Shown one piece after another: positions 26,501-36,768 of a stretch of 64,000 nucleotides of DNA. Within the stretch, counting starts at the first letter, position 1. Every line of letters starts with the position of its first letter. The position numbers and the translations under genes were made by a program. The stretch lies in contig NC_081331.1 of assembly GCF_022539665.2 (NCBI RefSeq), positions 11,284,001 to 11,348,000 of the forward strand. The letters are read 5' to 3'. A model generated the notes under the pieces. It searched no databases, had not been told where the DNA came from, and was given only the letters and a program-made list of their open reading frames with translations. Source of the DNA: Daphnia carinata (taxonomy: Eukaryota).

Positions 26501-29019
26501 GTGATACGCGAAAAGAACCTGAACTTGAGCGGCATTGTCCAGCTGATTAGCAGTTACCAGGGTGTGCTGGCAACCCAGCCGCCCAGATTACGGTTAGTGT
26601 TATCGCAGGCGCCGCAGCACGGATTCGTGTCCGTCGGTGGGCGAAGAGTGGACTATGGCAGCGAGATGACCGCTGGGGAAATTGCAGCTGGCCGAGTGGA
26701 ATATCAGCACGATCATTCGGATACTCTCGAGGATTGGATCGGGCTTACCGTCTTTTTGCAAAGGCCGGAAAGGGGATCCGATCGGCCGGATATTCTCCTC
26801 TACAACGGAACGCTACGCGTCAACATCTTGCCCGTCAACGATCAAATATTTCACCTGTTGACCAAAGCTCCAGCCATGACAGTAGTAGAGCGTCAATGGA
26901 GAGCGATCACGGCTGAGGTTTTGCTAACAGAAGACGCTGATACTTCTGCCAAGGACTTGATTTACGACGTTATTCAACCCCCACAATATGGTAAACTGGC
27001 TCTAACGGCGGAGAATGCAACGACTTCGATCATTGCTGGAGCTACGACTGGACCGCCATTGCTGCGTTTCAGCCAAGACGATGTTAACCGAGGACGGGTA
27101 GTCTTCCTTCACGACGGAACAATGGATCCTCGTTCAACATTTTTCATTTTCCGTGTGTCTGACGGCCATTTTAAAGCGGATAGTGGTGTTTTTAGCATCC
27201 ACTTTGAGCCTCTGACGCTCCGTTTTGCCAATCACTCCATCATAGGTATCCTGCAAGGTCAGTCCACAGCAGTCATTGTTAATTCTTCAATGGGTGCAGA
27301 ATCTAACGGCCAGCGTCGTCACATATTTTACAACGTGGTAAGTAAAAGAAAAACCAGTTCAAATTCTCTTTGTTTCGATGGTTTTAAGGAACTAACTAAA
27401 TTTTGATTTTGCAGACGAAAGAGCCGGAAAATGGGAAACTTTATATCAATGACTTTCCAGTCACAACGTTTGGTCAATCAAACATTGATAAAGAGGAATT
27501 GCTCTACGTCCAGACGAACATGACGGCTTCGTTTGATTTCTTTCAAGTTACCGTTTGGAATATGGCTGTTGTTTTAGAAAGGCAATTGTTTAATGTGAGC
27601 GTTATCCCGCTTTTGGCTAACAATCCAAGCGGACTTAAGCGATCCATTCGAGCTATCGCTGGAGAAAAAACAGCTATCACTTTGGCCATGCTAGACGCTG
27701 GACGGCTGGCCACATTGACCAACAGCAACCCGACTTTCACCATTATCCGCAAACCCCGCTACGGTAAAATTCGTAAGATTGTCCCATCGTCCAGCAGCGG
27801 AATCAACCGACTGGTTAAACGCCAATCGGGCAACGGCAACAAAGAGAAGGACACTTATGTCTTCAGTCACGAAGATGTTCAAAGTCAATTCATCTTTTAT
27901 GTGGCACGCAAAATGGATAACTTGAACGACACACATTTAATGGACAGCTGTGAATATCGATTGACAGCGCCCAATGTCCAGCCGGCTATCGGAGTCATAG
28001 AATTTCTGCTGTTACCTAGTGGATCAGCTGGTTCTACTTTGGTGGCAGCTAGTAAAAATAGCATCGATGCAATCCAGGGCCAAACTCCAAATCACAATTT
28101 TGCTAACCCGCGACATACAAATTCTCCCGACATTGTCACAGAAAACACGTTAGCGGGACTCGGTCTAGGCGTCATGACCAATGATATTTTTCTGATTGTT
28201 GGTATTGTCTGTGGTATCTTGGGACTTGGCTTAGTAATCCTCATCACCATCAAGTGAGCCATCTTTATTTAAAGTCAAATGTCTTTGACTTAAACATGTT
28301 TTGACCTACTTGTTTCTGTTTTAAAGGTGTCGCATGAAGCCACCAATGCACAAACATCCCAAAAATGAACAAAATAATCCGACAGCTGGAGATATGCAGC
28401 TTTATCGCTTGTCTGGAACTCTGAAGGTATACCATACTAATGTTATTTGGTTCTTAACAAATCTAATCGTGTTGAATTTGCTTTATTCCTGAAGAATGGA
28501 CACCAAAAGGGTGGTGCCTCGGATTTTCAAGTGACGGACGCCTATCGAATCCCAGCCAACATGCATCACCATCCTCGCGATTTTGCTGATACAGATAGCG
28601 ATCCTGAGCCACCCCCACCACCAAGACTTGATTATCTGGATCCTCCATTGTCACCGCGTCCATCAAGAGCCCTGCGTGGCATCGGTGCGAGTCCCATAAG
28701 CGCTTCCAGTACCATCAGTTCCCTGAACGGCCGACCCCGAGGCTCTTGGCATCAGCCACAACAGCATGATTTGGCATCCGGCTCAACCATGGGTCCGTCC
28801 GTACCTCAATGCAAGATTATTCCTTTGCTTAATCCCCTGCTATCGGAGCGCTCCGAGTCCGAGACGTCGGAACTAGTCAACGCCCGTTATCCGTACGGTA
28901 TTGCCGATGAAAGTATGGAGGAGTGGGCCATGTTGGATCCTGACGTCCATTGTGGCAACTCTACCTACTCCTCCCGCACCACAAACCCAATGTTAAGGAA
29001 AAATCAGTATTGGGTTTGA
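3006..29019 (+). CDS. kon: Chondroitin sulfate proteoglycan 4 / NG2 ortholog (kon-tiki/perdido), 17 coding exons, ~2,570 aa
   Basis: Exons: 3006-3105 (signal peptide MKTVGRVLM...NTVVRA), 13033-13339, 13848-14061, 18565/18568-19443, 19711-20218, 22287-23640, 23721-23823, 24154-24236, 24300-24745, 24814-25431, 25494-25628, 25695-25850, 25910-~26397, 26463-27337, 27415-28253, 28327-28426, 28495-29019. Two laminin-G domains (ASFYGSSYIALPL..., NFRGCL, SLRGCIRRL), many CSPG repeats (FTQEDVNQGRIWYVH, YVHDGSET), a TM helix (IFLIVGIVCGILGLGLVILITI) and the NG2-type PDZ-binding C-terminus QYWV. All junction phases fit except 26397/26463 (see findings). Confidence 0.95.
5525..5538. promoter_or_regulatory. 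RFX X-box-like motif GTTACCATGGCAAC in kon intron 1
   Basis: Matches the GTNRCC-N0-3-RGYAAC consensus. Confidence 0.4.
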
Positions 29020-29858
29020 TTTGACGAGCTTGTGCAGCCTATATTGCACTTAACAGCATTAACCTAGTGTTCCCTGAAAACAAAAGAATCCATTCACAAA
29101 TATTATATATGCCCCTTTTTTACCCAACAACCGTACGTTTAATGTATTCACATTAAAAAGATTAGCTCACCATTTGGCAGAACGGAATGGGCAAAAATTT
29201 ATGTTTGTTTTTATACTTGTACAGTGTTTTATGTTTATTAGGTTTTGAATTTTCAATTATAATAATAGACGGCAAAGAAAGACGGAGACGTATGAGCTTC
29301 TGGGTGATGTCCAGTAATTTATGCCGTTCATAAACCACTATATACTGAATCGCAAAGTACTCAGTACAGTGACTACTTTCGATAGGTAGCATTCTACTGT
29401 AAAAGCCAAATGGAACTATAATACACAATGAAATTGTCACCCAAGAATGTTTTGGTGCACGCGAGACACGAATTCATCAAAAAGAGAATTCTTATAAGAG
29501 GTCAAAGCGACTTTGTAGTAGTATTTTTTTTTTTAGTTATCGCGAATGTTGTACCCACATAAATACTTGCATTGGATGAGGCGCATGAAAGAAAAACCTA
29601 TATTATTGTAAAACGTGTCCAAATGGGAAGGGAAATGCCTTCCTACTCTTCGTTCTTCTTACTAACCGTATTTTAAATGGTAGCTGATGGTAGTCCACAA
29701 AATTTGATTGTTTCGTTTTTTTACGTTCATTTCAAAAATAATAACCCCAATAATCTGTGATTATTCAATCAATTCCGACGAGTGTCAGTAAACATTTCTT
29801 AAGCCCGACTAAATAATAAGGCCGACTATTCTTATGGCAAAAGTGGTAAGGCTATGGC

Positions 29859-29985
29859 CAGACCTGCCATAATCGCGATTGCGATTTTCGATTAAACTAT
29901 TAATCGGCGATCAAATCATTTTAAAATAATCGAAATCGGCGATTAAATATAAAAATTTTTAATCGCGATTATTTTTCGATTATAT
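29859..29985 (+). mobile_element. DNA transposon-like terminus (CAG-start end followed by subterminal AATCG/CGATT repeats; hAT-like)
   Basis: CAGACCTGCCATAATCGCGATT... followed by ~11 AATCG/CGATT motifs in both orientations within ~115 nt. No matching second TIR or TSD was found in the window. Confidence 0.5.
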
Positions 29986-30257
29986 AGCGACATCTAGGAA
30001 CGGTACTGAGAGTAAATGAAGTATACTCATAGCTGTGTCACTATTGTAGCAGACGCTTTCACTACGTGTAAATGATGATGTCTTAATGTTAGATTTAAGT
30101 TACAACATTCTTTTTCAATAATTCAATTCGTTCAAAAGCAGTAAATGATCCTTCTGCATCATTTGGTATGGATTTTTTTTCTATTTCTCCTCCTTTATTA
30201 TGCAAAAACAATTTATGTCCTAGTAGTTCTCCGTCTCGAAATATTCCAATGGCAACG

Positions 30258-32561
30258 TCGGATACACCCGAGAATCATCCAAAATCAGCTGGTAGAACAA
30301 GATCAGCTGGCAGAACAAGATCAGCTGAAACCTGACTGTACATGTTTCGTGGGTGCTGTAAGACAATGGGCATTTTAAAAATTACTTTTGAAGGTACGTT
30401 TTTTAAAAATAATTTTATTATTATTGTTTCCTTAAAAAAGTTTTATCAGGAGAGAGAGAGCTTTAGCGAGTACACGTCCTAGAAAGCAAATATGGATCTC
30501 AAGCCATGCTACAGCAGAAAAAATCCAAGTTGAAGCCTCGATCCTCATGAGGACAAAATAAAATTAGGTAATCCATCACAGTGGCGAATCGTTCGTAGCA
30601 ACCATTCAGGTGATGTTGAAAATTTTTCTGTCACAGAGCACAGTGCCACCACAACAATATTAACAGAACTTCATTACAAGAGTGAATGTTAGTTGACACA
30701 TAAGCTTGTTAATTGACTCAAAATGTGTCTCTGAATGTGAGCATGTATGTTTTACAATATTGTTAGTTGTAATTAGATATGCAGGTATATATATCTATTT
30801 TTTCATAGGTGATGAGTTGAATTTTTTCACAAGACTTCGTCGGTTGTGCATCCAACAACCTTTGAAATTTTGGTTGAAATCCGGTTCCGGGTCTGAATCT
30901 CCTACCTTTTTGTAGACCACATTAAGGTTATTTGGTTTTGCCAAATTTGCAATCTGCTCATCTTCAAAATTCAATGTATTTGTATTACAGTTGGATAATG
31001 CCAAGTAACTAAAACTTTCTTGAAATCCTACAGGGTAGCTTGTTGTTGAATGATGATCCGAGTATTCTCCATCAGCATTAGATATCTTACATTGGTAATC
31101 CATTTTTGGTATTTGGTTTAATGTTACATTATTTACCTTTTCATCTTCCTGCCCGTCACGCTAAACATTGTTGACGGAGAAAATACTGCGGACAACATTT
31201 AGGTCTCGTACGACAGAAACATTCACGTCTTCTTACTACCGTCAGATTACCTACCTTGTCTTCCTGTGCGTAATGGAGAAGAGTCACTGGTCTCAAAAAT
31301 ATTGAAACTGTTTTAATATCATTTATTCTTATCTGTAACTTTTATAGTCTGCACGCATGACTGATGCACTGGTTTCGAGGTTGTGGGCAAGTGAAAGAGG
31401 ATCGCAAAAAAAATCGCCATCTCTACTACAGGCATTTTTGTATACATTTATTTTGTTTTTTTTTGCCATTGACCAGCCCCAAAGCATGTTATATTAGTAA
31501 ATCTCAAATGATGGAGTGCCAACAAGAATTAAAATGCCTAATACGCGGGTTTGATGGCTATTGCCATGAAGACTGCCGAAGCTGGCCATCTTACGGAAAC
31601 CTAGAAATGGCGTGACTTCCACATCAAACATGTATTAGGTACTTATCAGTTTTCGGTCAATCGATAAAGTATTTGTAATGACATTATTTTGCATTTACAG
31701 AATTTTAGTGGAGGAGTTTTTTGTTAAACATGCTCCGCCTACACAAAAATGTTCTGTTCAGAGCCTCATACTATGGTTTTCATTTCCAATTTGTATGTTC
31801 TTTCGCAAGCGTGTGCCAGAAGTTTTATATGGGTGCCAAACAGTGTACCTATGAGTCATGTAAGTCATATGAGCAAGAATTTTTGTGCTTAACGGTTTTT
31901 TTTTCTGTTCTTAAAATAGGTTAATAGTAACACTGGATCTGAAAAGGGTCTTGAATGAGGCGAGACACTGAATAAATTGTGATGACTAACGTAACGGATG
32001 ACATGGAATTTATATACTTTATTCGGATTCCCATACGGTATTTAATATTTAAAAAATTCAAGTGCATATCTGGGCTCCCTTCCTTTCCGTAGCCCCGTTT
32101 CCCCTTGACTCGTAATAAGCCCGTAGGGGGTCATGCCCCTACTGTACGGTATATATAAAAACAACATATACCGAGGTTTGGAGGGCTCTGGCCGGAAAGG
32201 GGACGTGGGGTGCCGCTTGGTCCGATGATGTGTTCACGGAGGGCGACGTGGCTACCCACAAATCCGAACTAAAGGTTAATCGCTCCTGTAAAAATGTTCC
32301 AAATCTTCAGCTCTTCTTCCGGCTTCTCTTAGCCAATCACCGGGTAATCTCCCCGGTGGGTCAACAAGGCAGTGTCTCCCCCTGCCTGGGTTGACGGCAA
32401 CTTTTGAAAGGGCTATTGTGCCTTTTTAAAGTTGCAAAAATAATTGTAATGTGCAGAGAATTGTCAATAAAATTTTTTTATAAAATATTTTTTGCAAAAT
32501 TTGTTTCTTTCATTGTCTGTGTTAGCTGTGTTCACACATTACATTTATCAACTTTTTTTTT
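30258..32561. repeat. Left arm of a ~5.3-kb inverted repeat (palindrome)
   Basis: Reverse complement of 33249-35551. Mirrored ORF pairs (31364-31615/34195-34446, 31721-31924/33886-34089, 30795-31103/34707-35015) have identical translations and a constant coordinate sum of 65810. Confidence 0.98.
32070..32435. other. GC-rich multi-hairpin cassette inside the palindrome arm (mirror copy 33375-33740); candidate structured RNA or mobile-element terminus
   Basis: Stems at 32123-32142, 32147-32173, 32321-32334, 32338-32358, 32360-32395 and 32397-32435. TATA-like TATATAAAA at ~32152. Confidence 0.55.
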
Positions 32562-32740
32562 TGCTTTGCTTTAATTGTTTCTGTCACCTTTGATGGTAAA
32601 CAATGTTTCCAGTGGTTTATCTTTAAGTATTCAATTATTATTTATTACACTTTTTGAATTCATGAACTTAGACAAGGAACAACGTGTAATACCTTGATAT
32701 TTTCTGAAGTAATTTTGTATTTGTATATTGTTTTACTGGA

Positions 32741-32802
32741 ATGGGAATCGATCCTCAGACATTCAGCGTGCAACGCCGATGCTCTAACATTGAGCCACGA
32801 GA
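32741..32802 (-). pseudogene. Degenerate tRNA-like sequence (A box TGGCTCAATGTTAG, anticodon-like stem TCGGC/GCTGA, degenerate B box GGATCGATTCC)
   Basis: The minus strand reads GTGGCTCAATGTTAGAGCATCGGCGTTGCACGCTGAATGTCTGAGGATCGATTCCC. It has tRNA/SINE-head layout but no good acceptor stem. Confidence 0.6.
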
Positions 32803-32901
32803 TATTTCTAAATATTTTATTATCGCATATCATATGTTATCGTCTAGGATGTTTATGCAGTCTTTCACAAGTATATGTTTATCTTTATATTGCTTTTATA
32901 A

Positions 32902-32965
32902 GGTCCATAGCTCTGTGGTAGAGCATTCAGCTGCGATAACTGTTACCCTGGGTTCAAACCTTACT
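32902..32965 (+). pseudogene. Degenerate tRNA-like sequence (5' half resembles tRNA-Cys)
   Basis: A box TAGCTCTGTGGTAGAGC and B box GGTTCAAACC at tRNA spacing. Anticodon and acceptor stems are broken. Confidence 0.6.
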
Positions 32966-33087
32966 AGATGTATAAAAATCTACATCTAAATGGAGAAAAT
33001 AATATTGCAGTATTGCATTTCAGTTTTATTCAAAGTGTAAATTTAAGTCCGCAAGTGACTAGAAAAAACCCATGTTGACAGCATATG

Positions 33088-33152
33088 ATTCATGGCTCAT
33101 TGGTAAAGCATCGGCGAGGAATGCCGAACATCTAGGGTTCGATCCCTGGATA
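33088..33152 (+). pseudogene. Degenerate tRNA-like sequence (A box TGGCTCATTGG, stem TCGGC/GCCGA, B box GGTTCGATCC)
   Basis: A box, a 5-bp anticodon-like stem with a 7-nt loop, and a T-arm with a B box. Diverged inverted homolog of 32741-32802. Confidence 0.62.
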
Positions 33153-33248
33153 ATAATTGAATGCTCACAGATAAACTATGCTTACAGGAAACAATGCTTA
33201 CCATTAAACGTGGCATAAACAATAAAGGAGAATTGAGAAAGCTAAATG

Positions 33249-35551
33249 AAAAAAAAAGCTGATAAATGTAATGTGTGAACACAGCTAACACAGACAATGA
33301 AAGAAACAAATTTTGCAAAAAATATTTTATAAAAAAATTTTATTGACAATTCTCTGCACATTACAATTATTTTTGCAACTTTAAAAAGGCACAATAGCCC
33401 TTTCAAAAGTTGCCGTCAACCCAGGCAGGGGGAGACACTGCCTTGTTGACCCACCGGGGAGATTACCCGGTGATTGGCTAAGAGAAGCCGGAAGAAGAGC
33501 TGAAGATTTGGAACATTTTTACAGGAGCGATTAACCTTTAGTTCGGATTTGTGGGTAGCCACGTCGCCCTCCGTGAACACATCATCGGACCAAGCGGCAC
33601 CCCACGTCCCCTTTCCGGCCAGAGCCCTCCAAACCTCGGTATATGTTGTTTTTATATATACCGTACAGTAGGGGCATGACCCCCTACGGGCTTATTACGA
33701 GTCAAGGGGAAACGGGGCTACGGAAAGGAAGGGAGCCCAGATATGCACTTGAATTTTTTAAATATTAAATACCGTATGGGAATCCGAATAAAGTATATAA
33801 ATTCCATGTCATCCGTTACGTTAGTCATCACAATTTATTCAGTGTCTCGCCTCATTCAAGACCCTTTTCAGATCCAGTGTTACTATTAACCTATTTTAAG
33901 AACAGAAAAAAAAACCGTTAAGCACAAAAATTCTTGCTCATATGACTTACATGACTCATAGGTACACTGTTTGGCACCCATATAAAACTTCTGGCACACG
34001 CTTGCGAAAGAACATACAAATTGGAAATGAAAACCATAGTATGAGGCTCTGAACAGAACATTTTTGTGTAGGCGGAGCATGTTTAACAAAAAACTCCTCC
34101 ACTAAAATTCTGTAAATGCAAAATAATGTCATTACAAATACTTTATCGATTGACCGAAAACTGATAAGTACCTAATACATGTTTGATGTGGAAGTCACGC
34201 CATTTCTAGGTTTCCGTAAGATGGCCAGCTTCGGCAGTCTTCATGGCAATAGCCATCAAACCCGCGTATTAGGCATTTTAATTCTTGTTGGCACTCCATC
34301 ATTTGAGATTTACTAATATAACATGCTTTGGGGCTGGTCAATGGCAAAAAAAAACAAAATAAATGTATACAAAAATGCCTGTAGTAGAGATGGCGATTTT
34401 TTTTGCGATCCTCTTTCACTTGCCCACAACCTCGAAACCAGTGCATCAGTCATGCGTGCAGACTATAAAAGTTACAGATAAGAATAAATGATATTAAAAC
34501 AGTTTCAATATTTTTGAGACCAGTGACTCTTCTCCATTACGCACAGGAAGACAAGGTAGGTAATCTGACGGTAGTAAGAAGACGTGAATGTTTCTGTCGT
34601 ACGAGACCTAAATGTTGTCCGCAGTATTTTCTCCGTCAACAATGTTTAGCGTGACGGGCAGGAAGATGAAAAGGTAAATAATGTAACATTAAACCAAATA
34701 CCAAAAATGGATTACCAATGTAAGATATCTAATGCTGATGGAGAATACTCGGATCATCATTCAACAACAAGCTACCCTGTAGGATTTCAAGAAAGTTTTA
34801 GTTACTTGGCATTATCCAACTGTAATACAAATACATTGAATTTTGAAGATGAGCAGATTGCAAATTTGGCAAAACCAAATAACCTTAATGTGGTCTACAA
34901 AAAGGTAGGAGATTCAGACCCGGAACCGGATTTCAACCAAAATTTCAAAGGTTGTTGGATGCACAACCGACGAAGTCTTGTGAAAAAATTCAACTCATCA
35001 CCTATGAAAAAATAGATATATATACCTGCATATCTAATGACTACTAAGAATATTGTAAAACATACATACTCACATTCAGGGACACATTTTGAGTCAATTA
35101 ACAAGCTTATGTGTCAACTAACATTCACCCTTGTAATGAAGTTCCATTAATATTGTTGTGGTGGCACTGTGCTCTGTGACAGAAAAATTTTCAACATCAC
35201 CTGAATGGTTGCTACGAACGATTCACCACTGTGATGGATTGCCTAATTTTATTTTGTCCTCACGAGGATCGAGGCTTCAACTTGGATTTTTCTGCTGTAG
35301 CATGGCTTGAGATCCATATTTGCTTTCTAGGACGTGTACTCGCTAAAGCTCTCTCTCTTCTGACAAAACTTTTTTAAGGAAACAATAATAATAAAATTAT
35401 TTTTAAAAAACGTACCTTCAAAAATAATTTCTAAAATGTCCATGGTCTTACAAGCACCCACGAAACATGTACAGTCAGGTTTCAGCTGATCTTGTTCTGC
35501 CAGCTGATGTCGGCATCCAGCTGATTTTGGATGATTCTCGGGTGTATCCGA
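33249..35551. repeat. Right arm of the ~5.3-kb inverted repeat
   Basis: Reverse complement of 30258-32561. It ends at ...GGTGTATCCGA, matching TCGGATACACC at 30258. Confidence 0.98.
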
Positions 35552-35870
35552 AGTGCTATTAACGCCCCGACTTTATTTCGCATTTTCAAAATATTTCATA
35601 TACATGTAAAAATCCACACCCATAGGAAATTATTTATTTGGAGTTGGACCCTATTTTTGGCGTTTCAACAACGAAATGGCTCCCGAACCACGTTTCTTGG
35701 AGACAGGGTGTTCCTAAACGGCAGAATTCAGACGTAGCACCAACAATAAACGTCCACCAATTGCGTCTGCTTGAGAATTGCCGACTTGAATTGGACGTGC
35801 CGGCTGCGTGATAATTTGAAAAGATTGAAATTGTTTCTTGCTCTGCCTGTTTACTCCGTTGTTTGTCTTA

Positions 35871-36420
35871 ATGGCTCAACGAGCATTACCTCAAAGCAAG
35901 GAAGCTCTACTAAAATCCTACAACAAAAGGTTGAAAGATGATGTAAAATCATTGTTGGACAATTTCAGCGGTACGAATTCGATTCTTGTAAAGCCGAACT
36001 ATGCACTAATATTTTTAAAATTTCCCCCTTTTTTTCAAGAAATAATCAAACTCGCTCGCGTGGAAGAGGAAACTCAGGTTTCCAGAATGACACAGTGTGA
36101 AGAAGACCATTTTGAAATGCTTGTACGTGCTTCAAACATAGTAAGCAAAAAATAACCATAAATGCTGGCATCTTCACATCTACATCTCATTTGAATTCAA
36201 GGTAAGAGCTGGAGAGTCTTTGATGAAGCTAGTGACTGATCTAAAACAATATTTGATTCTGAATGATTTTCCCTCAGCCAATGAAGCCATTGGACAGAGT
36301 GCCCGTTCCATGCTGGCCATGCAACAGGAGTCTGACAGAAAACTTATGGCACTACGAGATGACCTAGCAGCTGACTTGTATGATTTGGAAGAAGAGTATT
36401 ATTCATCCCCTTTCAAATAG
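35871..36420 (+). CDS. MED22: Mediator of RNA polymerase II transcription subunit 22 (Surf5)
   Basis: Exons 35871-35970, 36040-36140, 36202-36420. [27 protein letters not shown]...[31 protein letters not shown]...[11 protein letters not shown] is the MED22 signature. Confidence 0.96.
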
Positions 36421-36768
36421 CTCATTGTGAGAAATGTATTGATTTATTTTTGTCAAATGTCAAACATTGGAAGAGGTTTGGAATCCATCAGAAAGAGAAA
36501 CTGTCCTTCATTCTGTTAATTGTGTCATTACAAATTTATTTTCAAGACCCTTTTTTATAAAATAGAATGACAAAGTTATTTTTTCAAATAAACAATTATT
36601 TTTAGTTTTTTTTATATAAGAAAATATTTACGCAGCTTTGCTTGAAAAACCGTCGAATGTTCGAGACGGTTTGCCGAATGTGCACCAGGTGGCAAATAAA
36701 TGTCATAGTTTTAAAAACAATAGGGAGTGCATGCTAATGGTTTAATTTCTCCTCAGCAATCAAATTAA

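Noticed and set aside
30286..30327. 18-bp direct repeat CAGCTGGYAGAACAAGAT as a CRISPR-like array
   Set aside because: Only ~2.3 tandem units with no spacers, in a eukaryotic context. Simple slippage; the mirror arm has a different first unit.
32150..32430. Telomerase RNA, 7SK, SRP or RNase P/MRP identity for the structured cassette
   Set aside because: No CCTAA-type template and none of the hallmark conserved motifs on either strand.
32741..33152. Calling the three units functional tRNA genes
   Set aside because: Acceptor stems are broken and anticodon loops are atypical, so they are reported as tRNA-like only.
33500..33540. CTGAAGA as a hammerhead ribozyme core (Penelope/retrozyme idea)
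   Set aside because: No stem II followed by GAAA could be formed. No HDV-like double pseudoknot was evident either.
35552..35712. Possible right-hand transposon end (...GGAGACAGGGTG) pairing with the 29859 terminus
   Set aside because: Not the reverse complement of CAGACCTGCC, and no target-site duplication flanks the palindrome or this segment.
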